64,000 bases of DNA from assembly GCF_006345805.1 (NCBI RefSeq), contig NC_043022.1, positions 23,622,001 through 23,686,000 of the forward strand, given 5' to 3'. The stretch is from Octopus sinensis. Lineage: Eukaryota. The notes under the pieces are model-generated. The model was given only the letters and a program-made list of their open reading frames with translations, had not been told where the DNA came from and made no database searches. The position numbers and the translations under genes were made by a program. Position 1 is the first letter of the stretch. Each line of letters starts with the position of its first letter. Of the stretch, positions 12,841 through 26,110 are shown one piece after another.

Positions 12841-14243
12841 ATAGATATATAAATTTATCTAAAATATTCAAATCTTGTTTATTCATTGACTGGTGCCAAA
12901 TACTGGACAAAAACCATGCTGTAGAACTACCTTCAAAGGTATAATCTGCACCACCCCTAGTACTTAACATGAAATATATATTATCGAACCTGGAAGGATG
13001 ATAAAAATAAGTGTTAACCTAGACAGGATTTGAATTCAAAATGTGAGGGGATGTAATCAATTACCACAAGGTATTTTGTTTGATGCTCAACCAGTTCTCC
13101 TTCACCACCACCTTATGTGATTAATGTGTTTTTTGAAACTCTTGGAGAATACAGTTTAATATAAGGTATAGAATCTGCAGTATCTGCACTGAGGATTTCA
13201 GGAGAGGATAGAGTGGGGTGATGTTATAAGATTATACAGGTGTAAGCCTGTAAGTTTGAACACCTGGCAATCTATCAAAATAACGAGGAATAACCTTTAA
13301 ATTAGAAGATATGGCTATAATTTGGTGGTATTTTTGAATCTGGATTTTTGATTTTGGGAAGAGGAAGGATGGAAAGAAGGAAAAGGTGTATGTTTAAGTA
13401 TTAGGTGAGAAGAGAGAGAGAGAAATACATGGAGGGAGAGGGGGAGAAAGAGAGAGAGAAAAATAAGATTTAGGTGTTAGAGTTGGAAAGGAAAGAAGAA
13501 CCAAAGAAACTTAGGTGAGAGAATGGTAATGAAGTAAGAAGCAAAGAGTGGTAAGTGAAGAAAAGGTAAGAAAGAAAGTTGTAAGAGCAGAAGAAATTTT
13601 GATAAGGGAATGGTTTAAAAGAGACAGAAGAAAAGATTCAGGTGAAGGAATGGTAAGAAAGAATTAAAAGTAAGTAAAAAGATAAACAGTTTAGAGATAA
13701 TTCCATTCTAAAAGAGAATTGGTAATCTTTGAGTTGAGGTCACTATGAGAATGAGGTCAGCAGAAACCAAAAACATTTCACTGAGATAAAATCCAAGGAT
13801 AAATGCTCATTAATTTATTTCACTGAAGGGCAGCAAAATAAATAAGGGCAATAAAATAAATACCAGGTATATTCTTGTGAGTGAAGACATGTGACTTAGT
13901 GGTTAGGGTGTTGCACTTATGATCCTAAGATTGTAGTTATGATTCCTGGACAAGGCAGGATGTTGTGTTCTTGCTTCATTGTTGTATTGTGTTCAAGTAC
14001 TTAATTTCACATTGCTCCAGTCCACTCAGCTGGCAAAAATGAGTAATCCTGTGATGAACCAGTATCATGTCCAAGGGAGGAATATATATTTTTTTGTTTC
14101 TTTTTTCTTTTATTTGTTTCAGTCATTAGACTGCAGCAATGCTGGGGCATGCCACAGAATCCGGGAAACCAGTCTTAAGAGCTTATGACTTGAGAAGAAC
14201 TTTTGATACCTTTTCTGGGGGGTGATATTTTTGTGTATTGATG

Positions 14244-14430
14244 TATGAGGGTAGGCTGAAAAGATCATAGGCTGACTATGAAGGAGTGATACTAGACCCA
14301 TGAAATCTTGCATTAATTTCAACTCTCCTTAACTTTTCATAGTTTAGTTCATTTATACACTTAAGCTATTCCCTCAATTGATAGAATCATTGGAGCATCA
14401 GATTAAATGTCTGTAGCCAGTGTTGTCCTG

Positions 14431-14435
<5 letters not shown>
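14244..14435. mobile_element. Truncated mariner-type MITE
   Basis: TA-tgagggtaggctgaaaagatcataggctgac resembles a mariner TIR; second TIR not found. Confidence 0.45.
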
Positions 14436-14495
<60 letters not shown>

Positions 14496-14881
14496 CATAT
14501 GTGTGTAAGGGAAATTGTTGGCCTATTCAAGTATACACTGCAACATTGCACTTGCTTCTAGAAGTTTTGTTCAAACTAGAATAACCAGTGAAGTCATGGA
14601 GGTGAGGCAGGGGTTTGTTGGGCCCTTGAAGTGTACCACACCCCTGTCTTACCTATTCCTAGAAGTTTTGGTCTTGTGCCAGTGTTAGAAATCAATAATT
14701 GTGCTAACTGGTGTTGGTTTGTTTACACATTCACAATTTGGCAGTTTGGTAACAGAGAACAATAGTGTAAATACCAGGCTTACAAATAAGTACTGGGGTC
14801 AATTTTTTTGACTAAACCTTTCAAGGTGGTATCCCACCATTGCTGCTTTACCATGACAAACAAGTAAAAAACAAAAGGTAA

Positions 14882-15101
14882 CCCTTTGGCATTTAAACTG
14901 GTCATATCTGGCCAAAATAGTTTATCTGTTTTGTGTTTAAACTGGTCAGATCCAGCTTCTCACACCTACCCTACAATATCATTGTAAAAATAAACAATCA
15001 CCTCATGGAAATCTCGATGCTACAAGATAATGCATGATCAATTCAAAACAATGTGAATAAATAAGCATTGCACTTGACAAAGAAATCTGAATGCTAAAGG
15101 A
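14882..15101. mobile_element. piggyBac-like non-autonomous element
   Basis: (g)taa-CCCTTTggcattta ... tgaatgctAAAGGa-ttca: degenerate TTAA target sites and CCC...GGG-type TIRs. Confidence 0.6.
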
Positions 15102-15696
15102 TTCATTAAGAAATCAGTATTGATAAATTAACTGGGATGGTAAAGCTGTTTGGTTGTGGGGATAGAAACCTTTCTACAATTGATTCTTAATTATTTTGAC
15201 ATCATAACACACTTCAGCCATCTAGAGAAAAAAAAATTACTGGTGCCATTTGCAGAATATGCTTTAAATTAAGATTTTTAAAGTTAAAATTTTTGTCAAA
15301 ATTAGAAAATTGTTGTTTACTTTGTTTCATTAATCATACCTGTGTATAAAAATATGCATGGCATCTTGGGCAAGTGTCTTCTACAATAACCCTGGACCTA
15401 CTAAAGCCTTGAGAGTGGATTTGGTAGACAGAAGCAGAAAGAAACACATTGCACTTCCATATAAGCATTGTCATTCATTTCTAATATTCAATGAGAGCAT
15501 GTTTGGCTATGGGGAAATATGATCTTGGAAACAGGTGAGGGTTGGCAAAAAGAAGGGCATCCATCTGTAGAAAACCTGCCACAAATATCCTCTGTTTGAC
15601 TCATGCAAGCATGGAAATGTAGAAGTTACAATGATGATGATGATGATGACTTTAAACACTTAAGCATTTCCATCAGTTTGAAGTCTTAGATTCATC

Positions 15697-16301
15697 ATAA
15701 GGGACAAAATGCTTAGTGACATTTCTTCCGTCTTTACATGTAATAAAGGTCAACCCTGCCTTTCATGGTCAATAAAATAAATACCAGTTGAGCACTAGAA
15801 CCAACTACCCACTGTCACCCAAAATTTCAGGCCTTGTGCCTTTAGTAGAAAAGATTGTTGTCGTCGTCATCATCATCATCATTATTATTAAGGCAGTGAG
15901 CTGGCAGAATCATTAGCATGCTGGGTGAAATGCTTAGCAGTATTTTGGCCATTGCTATGTTCTAAGTTCAAATTCCACCGAAGTCGACTTTGCCTTTCAT
16001 CCTTTCGGGGTTGATAAATTAAGTATCAGTGAAACATTGGGGTCAACGTAATTAACTTATCCCCTCCCCCAAAATGGCTGCCCTTGAGGCAAAATTTGAA
16101 ACCATTATTATTATTTAAGGGATGAGCTGGCAGAATTGTTAGCACACTGGGCAAAATGCTGAGCAGTATTTCATCTGTCTTCACATTCTGGGTTCAAATT
16201 CCGCCAAAGTCGACTTTGTCTTCATCCCAAAACACTGGGGTCAACGTAATCGACTAGTCCCCTCCCCCCAAATTTTATACCTTTTACCTTTAGTAGAAAG
16301 G

Positions 16302-16333
<32 letters not shown>

Positions 16334-16510
16334 GGTAGTGAGCTGGCAAAATGTTTAGTGACATTTTTGTCTGTCTTTATTTTCTGAGTTCAAATTTCAC
16401 TGAAGTCAACTTTCGCTTTTACCCTTTTGGGGTTCATAAAATAAGCACCTGTTGAACTCTGGGGTTGATGTAATCGACTTAATCTCTCCTCTGAAATTGC
16501 TGGACTTGTA
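15697..16510 (+). mobile_element. Four head-to-tail copies of SINE family A separated by (ATT)/(ATC) tails
   Basis: Heads gagctggcagaa at ~15898, ~16124 and ~16340, plus a 5'-truncated copy from ~15700; each has gtcgactttgcc/gtcaac and an attattatt tail. Confidence 0.85.
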
Positions 16511-16639
16511 CCAAAATATTATTATTACTATTATAAATAAAAAAAGGTGCATCTATTTGCAATGGATGTGTTAATGAAATGTTGATTGCAGGATGTTGTC
16601 CTATTGTTTCGTTTCTTCAAATCAAACTGAATAATAATA

Positions 16640-16660
16640 CCATCACCACTAGTACTGCTG

Positions 16661-16737
<77 letters not shown>

Positions 16738-17720
16738 GCTACTGCTGCTGCTGTTGCTGGTGTTGGGCTGTATCTGACAGAAATACCTGAGCAGGTTGTG
16801 TAGAACTAAGATGCATGAGTTATTAGGTGTGGTGCCCTACTCCACAGATCGTGTATCTACTGTTAAATGTTAGGGTGGGTAGCGAAGTGAGTGTGTGGGG
16901 AGGTGAGGGAAGAGGTGGATAGTGGGCCATTGTGGGCATGTTGCCAATCTATTGGTTTTGAGAGGGACCAAGCATTGTTGTTGGTCTCACATTGTTGTTG
17001 CTCACTTTGTGTTATCACTGTTGTTGTTGTTGTTATTGTTACTTTTGTTACTGTTGCTGCTGCTGCTGCTACCAGTGATAATTCCAGATCTTCAGTTATT
17101 TCAACATTTGATATCATTGCTACCATTCCATTCAGTAAAGATCGGATATCAATTGTATGGTATGGCAGGGGTAGTGATGGTAGTGGCCATGGTGGTGGTG
17201 GAGATGGCAGCAGTGGTGGTGGTGGTAGTGGCTGTGATGTATGGGTGGAGGGTATGTTGAAGGCATTGAAGGAGTGGTACATGGTTGGTGTTACTTTACA
17301 GCATTCTTTGCAACACCACCAACAATATCATCACCACTGCCAATGCTGACATCCCCCCCCACAACTACTACAATTCTACTACCATCACCACTATCACCAT
17401 TGCAACCACCATCACCACTACTACCACTAAAACCACTATCACATTTACTACTACCACGACTATGGCCATTGTCAATTTTATTACCACTACTACCACAACC
17501 ACTACCACTATATCACATCACAACTGCCACAAAACCATCACCACAACGATCACCACCACCACCACTATCATTAAAACCAATACCATCATTACCACCAACA
17601 CTACCAACCAACACCACCACTCCACTAACACAATCATCATCACTACCACCACCATCTCTACAACCAACACTATCACCATCACAACTACTACCACCACCTC
17701 TGCAGCAACCACTGTGATGA
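16640..17720. repeat. Trinucleotide low-complexity block: (ACT)~20 at 16663-16722, then GTT/GCT/GGT-rich, then ACC/ATC/AAC-rich
   Basis: Direct reading; source of the poly-Thr/Val/Gly pseudo-ORFs. Confidence 0.9.
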
Positions 17721-18152
17721 CAGTTCTTCATGTCCAAAGATCAAGAGGAGGAATGGCAAAGCCAACTTGTGAGGTTGCATCTATCAATACCATCCAATAC
17801 CTGTCATTTTCATCTCTTCTCCATTGCTGCAGGGCTTTTCTTCCTGCTTGTGCTTTAGTTATTTTTAAGTGAGAGTCAGTCAATCCACTCCAATCTCACT
17901 CTTTAGATTTAGAGGGCTAACCATGGTGGCTCAGCAGGCTAAGATGGCTGTGGTGACCAGCAAGCTGGAGGTATTGTGCTGGAGTGGCCTTCTCTTTGGT
18001 GAATTGCCACCCACTCTGGAGTTGCTGGAAGGGCATTAAAGACAGCTCCTGTCATTCTGTCCAACCCCTCCCTGCCAGTATGGAAAGTGGATGTTAAATG
18101 ATGAAGATGATGATTATGTATATGTGTGTGTGTGTGTGTGTGTGTACACATA

Positions 18153-18723
18153 GACCTTTGGTGATAGACCGTGCTTGAATAGACCTATCAAGTTAAGTGA
18201 TATCAGAGTTGCGGACAATGCCAGTGTCACGTAATTGGCACATAAAATGCAGTTTTTGAGCATTCAGCCTCACGGAGGCATTTGGCACCCATGCAGGTAA
18301 CATATAAAAAGTGCCTGTTAAGTGTTGGGCCTCACAGAGGCAACGTGGCCAATGCCAGTGTTGCATAACCTGGCACTTTTGCCAGTGGTATGTACAAAGC
18401 ACCTTTCAAGCATTGGGCCTCACAGTGGCAATGACAAATGACTGAGACCTTTGGCACTATGTCATGCTTGAGAAGAAAACCCATCAAGCCAAATGAAGTC
18501 GTAGTCATGGCGGATACTGGTGTCACGCAACTGGCACCTGTGCAGGTGGCACATAAAAGCCCCCATTACACTCTCAGAGTGGTTGGTGTTAGGAAGGGCA
18601 TCCAGCTGTAGAAACCATGCAAATCAGACTAGAGTTTGGTGTAACCCCCTCAGCTTACCAGCCTTGGTCAAACCATCCAACCCATGCCAGCATGGACAAC
18701 AGGTGTTAAAAGATGATGATGAT
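18153..18723 (+). mobile_element. SINE family C, near full length
   Basis: Internal repeats of gtgccagtggcac(a/g)taaaa(a)gcacc; gtggttggtgttaggaagggcatccagctgtagaaacc; GAT tail. Confidence 0.8.
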
Positions 18724-19164
18724 CAGACACACACACACGTTTCGAAACAATGATAGGTAGATAATAAACCTTATAATTTATGCAAACCAGAGCAAAATTT
18801 TGAACATACATATACACATTAAATAGACAAACAAAACAAACTGTAAAATGAAAAATTATAATGTAAATAAGTTTATTTTAAGAAAGTAAAAAAAAACCAC
18901 AAGAGAAAAAAATTATTCCAAGAATGTAAACAATTATAGAGACATCAACAATAAAAAAATATTAACGACTCAACTATGAATAAAAACAGTGTAAACATGC
19001 AAAATTTAAGCACTTTAAAAAGAGTAAACTATTATGTAAAAAAGACAAAAATTATAATTACAGGAATATTAATCGCAATAACGACTGTGCTTCAGAAACA
19101 TTCCTCTTTAGGAATTGCTCTTCACTTACATAACACAAGATAGTGAGAGTAGAAACATTCTGAT

Positions 19165-19560
19165 GTGATTATCAATATTACTATCATAATTGTTATTATT
19201 ATTATTATTTATTATCGTTGTTGTCATTATTACTTTTATGCTGTTGTAGTTGTTATTGTGGAACTATTTTTTCTTATCATTCCTGTTTGCTCTGTACATT
19301 TCATGTTGTGTTTGATGATGAAGATAATGAGAATAATTTTAGAGATGATAGTTATGATGATAATGGTAGTGGTGGTGAAGGTAATTCTGATGATGATGAT
19401 GACGATGATGACAATGATGATGATGACATTGATGATGATTATGACGAGTGGTAGTGATAAAAATAGTGATGATGATGATAAAGATGAGAATAATGATAGT
19501 GATGTTGATGCTGCTGATGACGTTAGTTTTTTATCATGAGGATAATGGTGATGGTGATGG
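19165..19560. repeat. Degenerate (ATT)/(GAT) trinucleotide block
   Basis: Direct reading. Confidence 0.85.
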
Positions 19561-19942
19561 TGCTTTGGAGTAAAAATGGGAATAGTAATGTTATGTTTGA
19601 AATAATTGCTATATAAAATTAACTATGCGATTAATTCATTGTTAATTAACTAATAAGTTACAATCATAATTGTCAATATTGTGTTATTGTCTGGAAGTGA
19701 TAACATCAAGCTCTTTGCAATGTTATATATCTTCAAATGTGTTTATTATATGCACAAACACACACACTAAGAAACTTACAAACATATGTAAGAAAATATA
19801 CGAATGCAACATGTACATCCATCTTAAGTTCTACCTAATAGTGAGTACATAAATTTTTGTTTAGACTAAAGATACCATATATACACACATATTTATGCAG
19901 GTATATACATGCATACATATATATTTATGATGATGATATATA

Positions 19943-20300
19943 GGTGCAGGCATGGCTATGTGGTAAGAAGCTTGCTTCCCAACCATATATGTTTTGGGTT
20001 CAGTCTCATTGCATGGCACCTTTGGCAAGTGTGTTCTACTATTGCTCGAAGCTGACCAAGGCCTTGTGAGTGGCTTTGATAGATGGAAACTGAAAGAAGC
20101 CCGTTGTATAAATACATGTGTGTGTCTGTGCCTGTGTTTGCATCCTTGCAACTCAGATGTTTGGCGAAAGAGACTGATAGAATGAGTACTATGTTTTAAA
20201 AAACGGAAAAAAGTGCTGGGGTTGATTCACTTGACTAAAAAGTCTTCAAGGTGGTACCCCAGCATGGCCGCAGTCTAATGACTGAAACAAGTAAAAGATA
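19943..20300 (+). mobile_element. SINE family B (CORE-SINE-like)
   Basis: ggtgcaggcatggctatgtggtaag head; CORE-like gcacctttggcaagtgtgttct; tail gactgaaacaagtaaaaga. Confidence 0.85.
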
Positions 20301-20536
20301 TATATATGCATGTTTAAATGTATATATGTATGGTGTTGGTGTGTTTATGTCCCCATAATTTAGCAGTGCAGGATAAGAGACTGGTAAAACAGGTGCAAGG
20401 CTTAATAAAAGCAAATTAAGTACTGGGGTTGATATTTTTGACTAAAATTCTTCAAGGTAGTGCCCCAGTATGGCCACAGTTGACTGACTGAAACATATAA
20501 GAGAGAATGTATGTATGTATATATGTGTGAGTGTGT

Positions 20537-20577
<41 letters not shown>

Positions 20578-20878
20578 GATGTTGGTTTGTTGGAAAAATA
20601 CAAGAGTAAAATGCTTAGAGAACTTTATCATAGAAAACAGGAAGCTAGTATCTACATTTTTAACTAGGCAGCTATTGGTTTCAATTGCTTTAAGACAACC
20701 TAGTCAAGCTGGAATAAAAGGGGAAATAAATTGAAATAAATACAAATTAAATTAATCTTTCATAATAACATTCCTGGAACTTCATACGTTTTTGCTTATA
20801 GAGATCTCAAGGCGTTGTATTTTGTTTCCGTCTGATTGTGGCACTTGGCAGTAGTGGCTGGCTGAATATATAAATATA

Positions 20879-22650
20879 TCTATATATATAAAACTCTAGT
20901 TGTGTGAGTGTCTGTCCCCTTCGATTTAGATTCCTAACTCCTCCCACATTTTGCGGTGCAGTTTAACCAAATTCGGGTATCTTATAGTCGTGATTCATAT
21001 CGAGCCCGTCTGGCTATTAGCGCGTGTCAACGATGAGTTTACGATTTTAAAAATAATTTAACATCATTTTTTATTCCATTTTAATGCATAATTTTTCGTG
21101 TGTCGATGGCGGCGGAGTTGGCGTCCACGCTCACAGCTGCACCTGTTTGCTTCTCCCCCTTCCCTCCCTCGTGAAGCTTTGGGGAAGGGAGTGTAAAGAA
21201 ATCAACGTCGTAATGCGTTGTCAAGGAGACCAGCGTTCTTTTAGAACAACGACTTCATGGCTTGAAGACACCAAAATAGAAATGGCTAAGAAAGCCCGAA
21301 TTGGCATCTATAAGGGAAGTAACTCTCTAAAAATGCTTATATAGTTATTTCCCAACGCCGTGTGATACTGCTAGTATATCTATATATATAAAACTGTAGT
21401 TGTGTGTCAATGGCGGCGGAGTTGGCGTCCACACTCACAGCTGCACCTGTGTTGCTTCTCCCCCTTCTTCCCTCCCTCGTGAAGCTTTGGGGAAGGGAGT
21501 GTAAGGAAATCATTTTGCGGTGCAGTTTAACCAAATTCGGGTATCTTATAGTCGTGATTCATATCGAGCCCGTCTGGCTATTAGCGCGTGTCACGATGAG
21601 TTTACGATTTTAAAAATAATTTAACATCATTTTTTATTCCATTTTAATGCATAATTTTTCGTGTGTCGATGGCGGCGAGTTGGCGTCCACGCTCACAGCT
21701 GCACCTGTTTGCTTCTCCCCCTTCCCTCCCTCGTGAAGCTTTGGGGAGGGAGTGTAAAGAAATCAACGTCGTAATGCGTTGTCAAGAGACCAGCGTTCTT
21801 TTAGAACAACGACTTCATGGCTTGAAGACACCAAAATAGAAATGGCTAAGAAAGCCCGAATTGGCATCTATAAGGGAAGTAACTCTCTAAAAATGCTTAT
21901 ATAGTTATTTCCCAACGCCGTGTGATACTGCTAGTATATCTATATATATAAAACTGTAGTTGTGTGTCAATGGCGGCGGAGTTGGCGTCCACACTCACAG
22001 CTGCACCTGTTTGCTTCTCCCCCTTCCCTCCCTCGTGAAGCTTTGGGGAAGGGAGTGTAAAGAAATCAACGTCGTAATGCGTTGTCAAGGAGACCAGCGT
22101 TCTTTTAGAACAACGACTTCATGGCTTGAAGTCACCAAAACAGAAATCGCTAAAAAAGCTGAAACAGATCCACAAAAGCAGCAATTACCGCCACACAGGG
22201 CAGGTTTCCTGTGCAAACAATTTGCACAACCGAATGTTTTAGTTGTTGCACAAATCTTTATATATAAAAGTAAGGTTGTGTGTCTGTCTCCTACGATTTA
22301 GATTCCTAACTACTCCCACATTTTGCAGTGCAGTGTAACCAAAACCGGGTATCTTATAGTCGTGATTCATATCGAGCCCTTCTGGGTATTAGCGCGCGTT
22401 TACGATGAGTCTACGATTTAAAAAAAATTTACCATCATTTTTTATTCCATTTTAATGCATTTTTCGCTATTATATAAGGGAAGTAACTCTCTAAAAATGT
22501 CTACGATGAGTCAACGATTTAAAAAAAAATTACCATCATTTTTTATTCCATTTTTAATGCATTTTTTGCTATTTTTTGTTATAACTCACTAAAAATGCTT
22601 ATATAGTTATTTCCCTTACAAACCCAAGCAACGCCGGGCGATACTGCTAG
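20879..22650 (+). mobile_element. Tandem array of four non-autonomous Helitron units (20879-21374, 21379-21934, 21939-~22250, 22255-22650)
   Basis: Each unit starts TC(t)tatatataaaa; units 1, 2 and 4 end gatactgCTAG; unit 4 keeps the subterminal cccaagcaacgccggg hairpin; outer flanks A|TC...CTAG|T; no TSD. Confidence 0.85.
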
Positions 22651-22673
22651 TATATATATATATACATTTAATT

Positions 22674-22887
22674 TGTTTCAAATTTTGGCACAAGGCCATC
22701 AATTTCAGTGAAAGGAGTAAGTTGATTACATCTTCCCCGGTGTTCACCTGGTACTTATTTTATTGGCCCCCAAAGGGATAAAAGCAAAGTCAACCACAGT
22801 GGGATTTGAACTCAGAATGTAAAATCAGAAGACATGCCCACAAAATATATTGTTCGAGTATGTTAATGATTCTGCCATCTTGCAGCT
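22674..22887 (-). mobile_element. SINE family A, old copy
   Basis: Reverse complement of the tail and central domain: ctggtacttattttattggcc...gcaaagtcaacc...gatttgaactcagaa. Confidence 0.7.
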
Positions 22888-23286
22888 TATATATAAAATT
22901 ATAATATATATAATTACTATGTTATAGATGTTTAAGACGTACTTAACTGCTGCTTGGTTGGGGTAATTGAGTATAAATTAAACTATAATTATTAACTCAT
23001 TAACAAATATAAGTCTGTCCAATACTATTGTTTGTATTCAAAGAAATCATACTATACATTCTAAATAGATTGCCATAAGTGCTGTCCATGAGCCAAAGGA
23101 CTTGACAGGAGAAATGTAGTAGATAGGAACACTTCCAAAAAACCTTCATAATAGTAATTCAGATATTCCAATGTGTATTTACCAAAATTATAATTGAAAG
23201 AAATACGCATTCATGAGATTGCAGGAAGTAAGCTTACATGTATTTAACATGGAACTGCAGAAAAAATGCAAAAGCTCTCTACTTAA

Positions 23287-23692
23287 GGTGCAGGTGTGAC
23301 TGTGTGGTAAGAAGTTTGCTCCCAAACCATGTGGTTCCAGGGCCAACCCCACTTTGTGACACCTGGAGCAAGTTTCTTCATCTATAAGCCCCAAGCTGAC
23401 CTAAGCCTTGTAGTGAGTGGATTTGGTAGATGAAAACAGAAAGAAGCCTTTTGTACAAATATGTGTGTGTGTGTGTGCCTTTGTGTTTGTGTTTGCTCCC
23501 CAACCTATTGCTTGACAATTGGTGTTTGTTTGTTTACATCCCCATAACTTAGCAGATTGGCAAAAGTGACAGACCGAGTAAGTACCATGCATAAAAAAAT
23601 AAGCATTGGTATTAATTCATTTGACTAAAACCCTTCAAGGTGGTGCCCCAGCAGGGTTGCAGTTGTGACTGAAACATAAAAGTTAAAAGAGT
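23287..23692 (+). mobile_element. SINE family B
   Basis: Head ggtgcaggtgtgactgtgtggtaag through tail gactgaaacataaaag; an opposite-strand 3' half follows at 23763-23930. Confidence 0.85.
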
Positions 23693-23947
23693 ATAGTATA
23701 TACATGTGTGCATGCATGTATATACACAGCAGAATGATGAAAAACCTGTTCATTAAGTAGATTCTTTTATTTGTTTCAGTCAAGTAACTGCAGCCATGCT
23801 GGAGCACCACCTTTAGTTGAACAAATTGATTCCAGGACTTATTCTTTGTAAGCCTGGTATTTATTCTATCAGTCACTTTTGCCAAACCACTAAGTTGCGG
23901 GGACACAGACACAGACACACACACATATATGTATATATATATATATA

Positions 23948-24289
23948 TCATCATCATCATCATCATCGTTTAACGTCCGTTTTCCATGCTGGCATGGGTT
24001 GGATGATTCAACTAGGTCCGAGAAGCCAGGAGACTGCACCAGGCTCCAGTCTGATCTGGCAGTGTTTCTACAGTTGGATGCCCTTCCTAATGCCAACCAC
24101 TCTGAGAGTGTAGTGGGTGCTGTTTTTACATGTGAAGTGGTTGGCATTTGGAAGGGCATCCAGCTGTAAAAACCATGTCAAAACAGATACAGCAGCCTGG
24201 TGTAGTTTTCTACCTGGCTGGCTTCTGTCAAACCATCTAACCCATGCCAACATGGAAGATGGATGTTAAATGATGATGATGATGATGAT
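23948..24289. mobile_element. Two SINE family C 3' ends in inverted orientation (23948-24100 minus, 24137-24289 plus)
   Basis: (CAT)n-cgtttaacgtcc...ccaaccac / gtggttggc...ggatgttaaa-(TGA)n, with a 36-nt spacer. Confidence 0.85.
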
Positions 24290-24930
24290 ATGCTTATATA
24301 TGTGTATCTATATGTATATGTATGTGTATGATATATATATGCTTATATATGTGTGTTTTGTATATGTGTGTGTATGCAAATAATTTTTTTTATTTTTATG
24401 TTGCCACACGAAAGCATTAAATACTTAATATGAGATATTATGTTATAAGCATATAGCGTGTTATATATGTTAATCATTGTGAGATAAAGAGTCGTTACAT
24501 AACCCAAACCTACTTTCGTTTGGTTGGTCGACTGCAAATGTCAGCAGGTTAGAAATTAATGAGACGAATCAAGGTGCTGTAAGCATTATAGATCATTGGT
24601 TCTTGTCTGTCTTAGTGCATTCTTTTTCTCTGAGATTGAGTAGGATGGTGGATGATGATAAAATATGATATATATGCACACGTGCACACACACACACAAT
24701 CTTTCTCTCTCTCTCACACGCATGCACATGTGGGCAAAACCATTAAAAGGATGATGATGATAATTGTGGTGATGGTGATGGAAGAGGTGGTGATAGTGGC
24801 GGTGATGATAATGATGATGATGCATATTTATATAACACACACAATCGTGTATAATACATACACACACACTGACAAAAATATATACATACATAATACATAT
24901 ATATATATATATATATATATATCTTTCTTT

Positions 24931-25296
24931 CTCTCTTTTACTTGTTTCAGTCATTGCTGGAGCACCGCTTTTAGTCGAGCAAATCGACCCTGGGACTTAT
25001 TCTTTGTAAGCCCAGTACTTATTCTATCGGTCTCTTTTGCCGAACCGATAAGTGATGAGGACGTAAACACACCAGCATCGGTTGTCAAGCAATGCTAAGG
25101 GGACAAACACAGACACACAAACACATACACATATATATATACATATATACGACAGTTTCCATCTACCAAATCCACTCACAAGGCATTGGTCGGCCCGGGG
25201 CTATAGCAGAAGACACTTGCTCAAGATGCCACACAGTGGGACTGAACCCGGAACCATGTGGTTGGTTAGCAAGCTACTTACCACACAGCCACTCCT
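24931..25296 (-). mobile_element. SINE family B, young full-length copy
   Basis: Complete tail, internal (TA/CA) microsatellite, CORE-like gaagacacttgctcaagatgcc, head ccacacagccactcct; CpGs intact. Confidence 0.9.
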
Positions 25297-26000
25297 ATAT
25301 ATATATATATATATATACACTTTCTCTATTATTAAAGCTGCAAGAACATCACAAAAAGCTGTTACTCAAAGTTTCCTGTTCCTGTTCATTGGGCAGTTGT
25401 GATCAAGAATCTATATGTGTGTGTGTGTGTGTGTGAGTGTGTGTGTGTGTGTATGCACACAAACACATGTAAATTCAAATTGGGTATAAACCTGTAGTTC
25501 ACTTTGCAAAGCTCATCCACAGGTATTGGCTAACAAATGTTATCATGCAGTGAGATTGTTATTTCACTGGATGTACGTCTGTAATTCTATGATATACATG
25601 GAGTTTATAATGCTTCAAGCAAGGTTTCTGCTGGTGAATCTACATTGAAACAATTTATTGCTTAACACTTAGCAATAAAGTGTGTTGCTCAATTATTCAT
25701 ATTTATGCATCTCTCTCTCTCTGTTTGTATAGAGCTGACGCAAACTATTATTTAAATAAATATATGTAACTTCTATCGAATGTGCTGACTGACACTTTCT
25801 TACATTTGTCCACTTATATATGTGTGTCATGTACGTGTGAATGTGTATATATATATATATAATATATATATATATACATACATATGTATACATACAAAAA
25901 TACACACACATGTATATGTGTGTCTGTGTTTGTATTTTATTTGTTCTCCACTACTGCATGACAACTCTGTACATGCACACACACACATATTTGTATACAC

Positions 26001-26027
26001 CTATCTATCTCTCTATCTATCTATCTC

Positions 26028-26097
<70 letters not shown>

Positions 26098-26110
26098 CAT
26101 CCATCTAGAC
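26001..26110. repeat. (CTAT)n tetranucleotide repeat
   Basis: Direct reading; similar arrays at 43120-43240, 44133-44257, 46518-46605 and (GATA)n at 61578-61712. Confidence 0.95.

Noticed and set aside
17241-17872. Thr-rich mucin-like and Pro-rich ORFs
   Set aside because: They arise from degenerate ACC/ACT repeats, are open in several frames and on both strands, and have no convincing splice sites.
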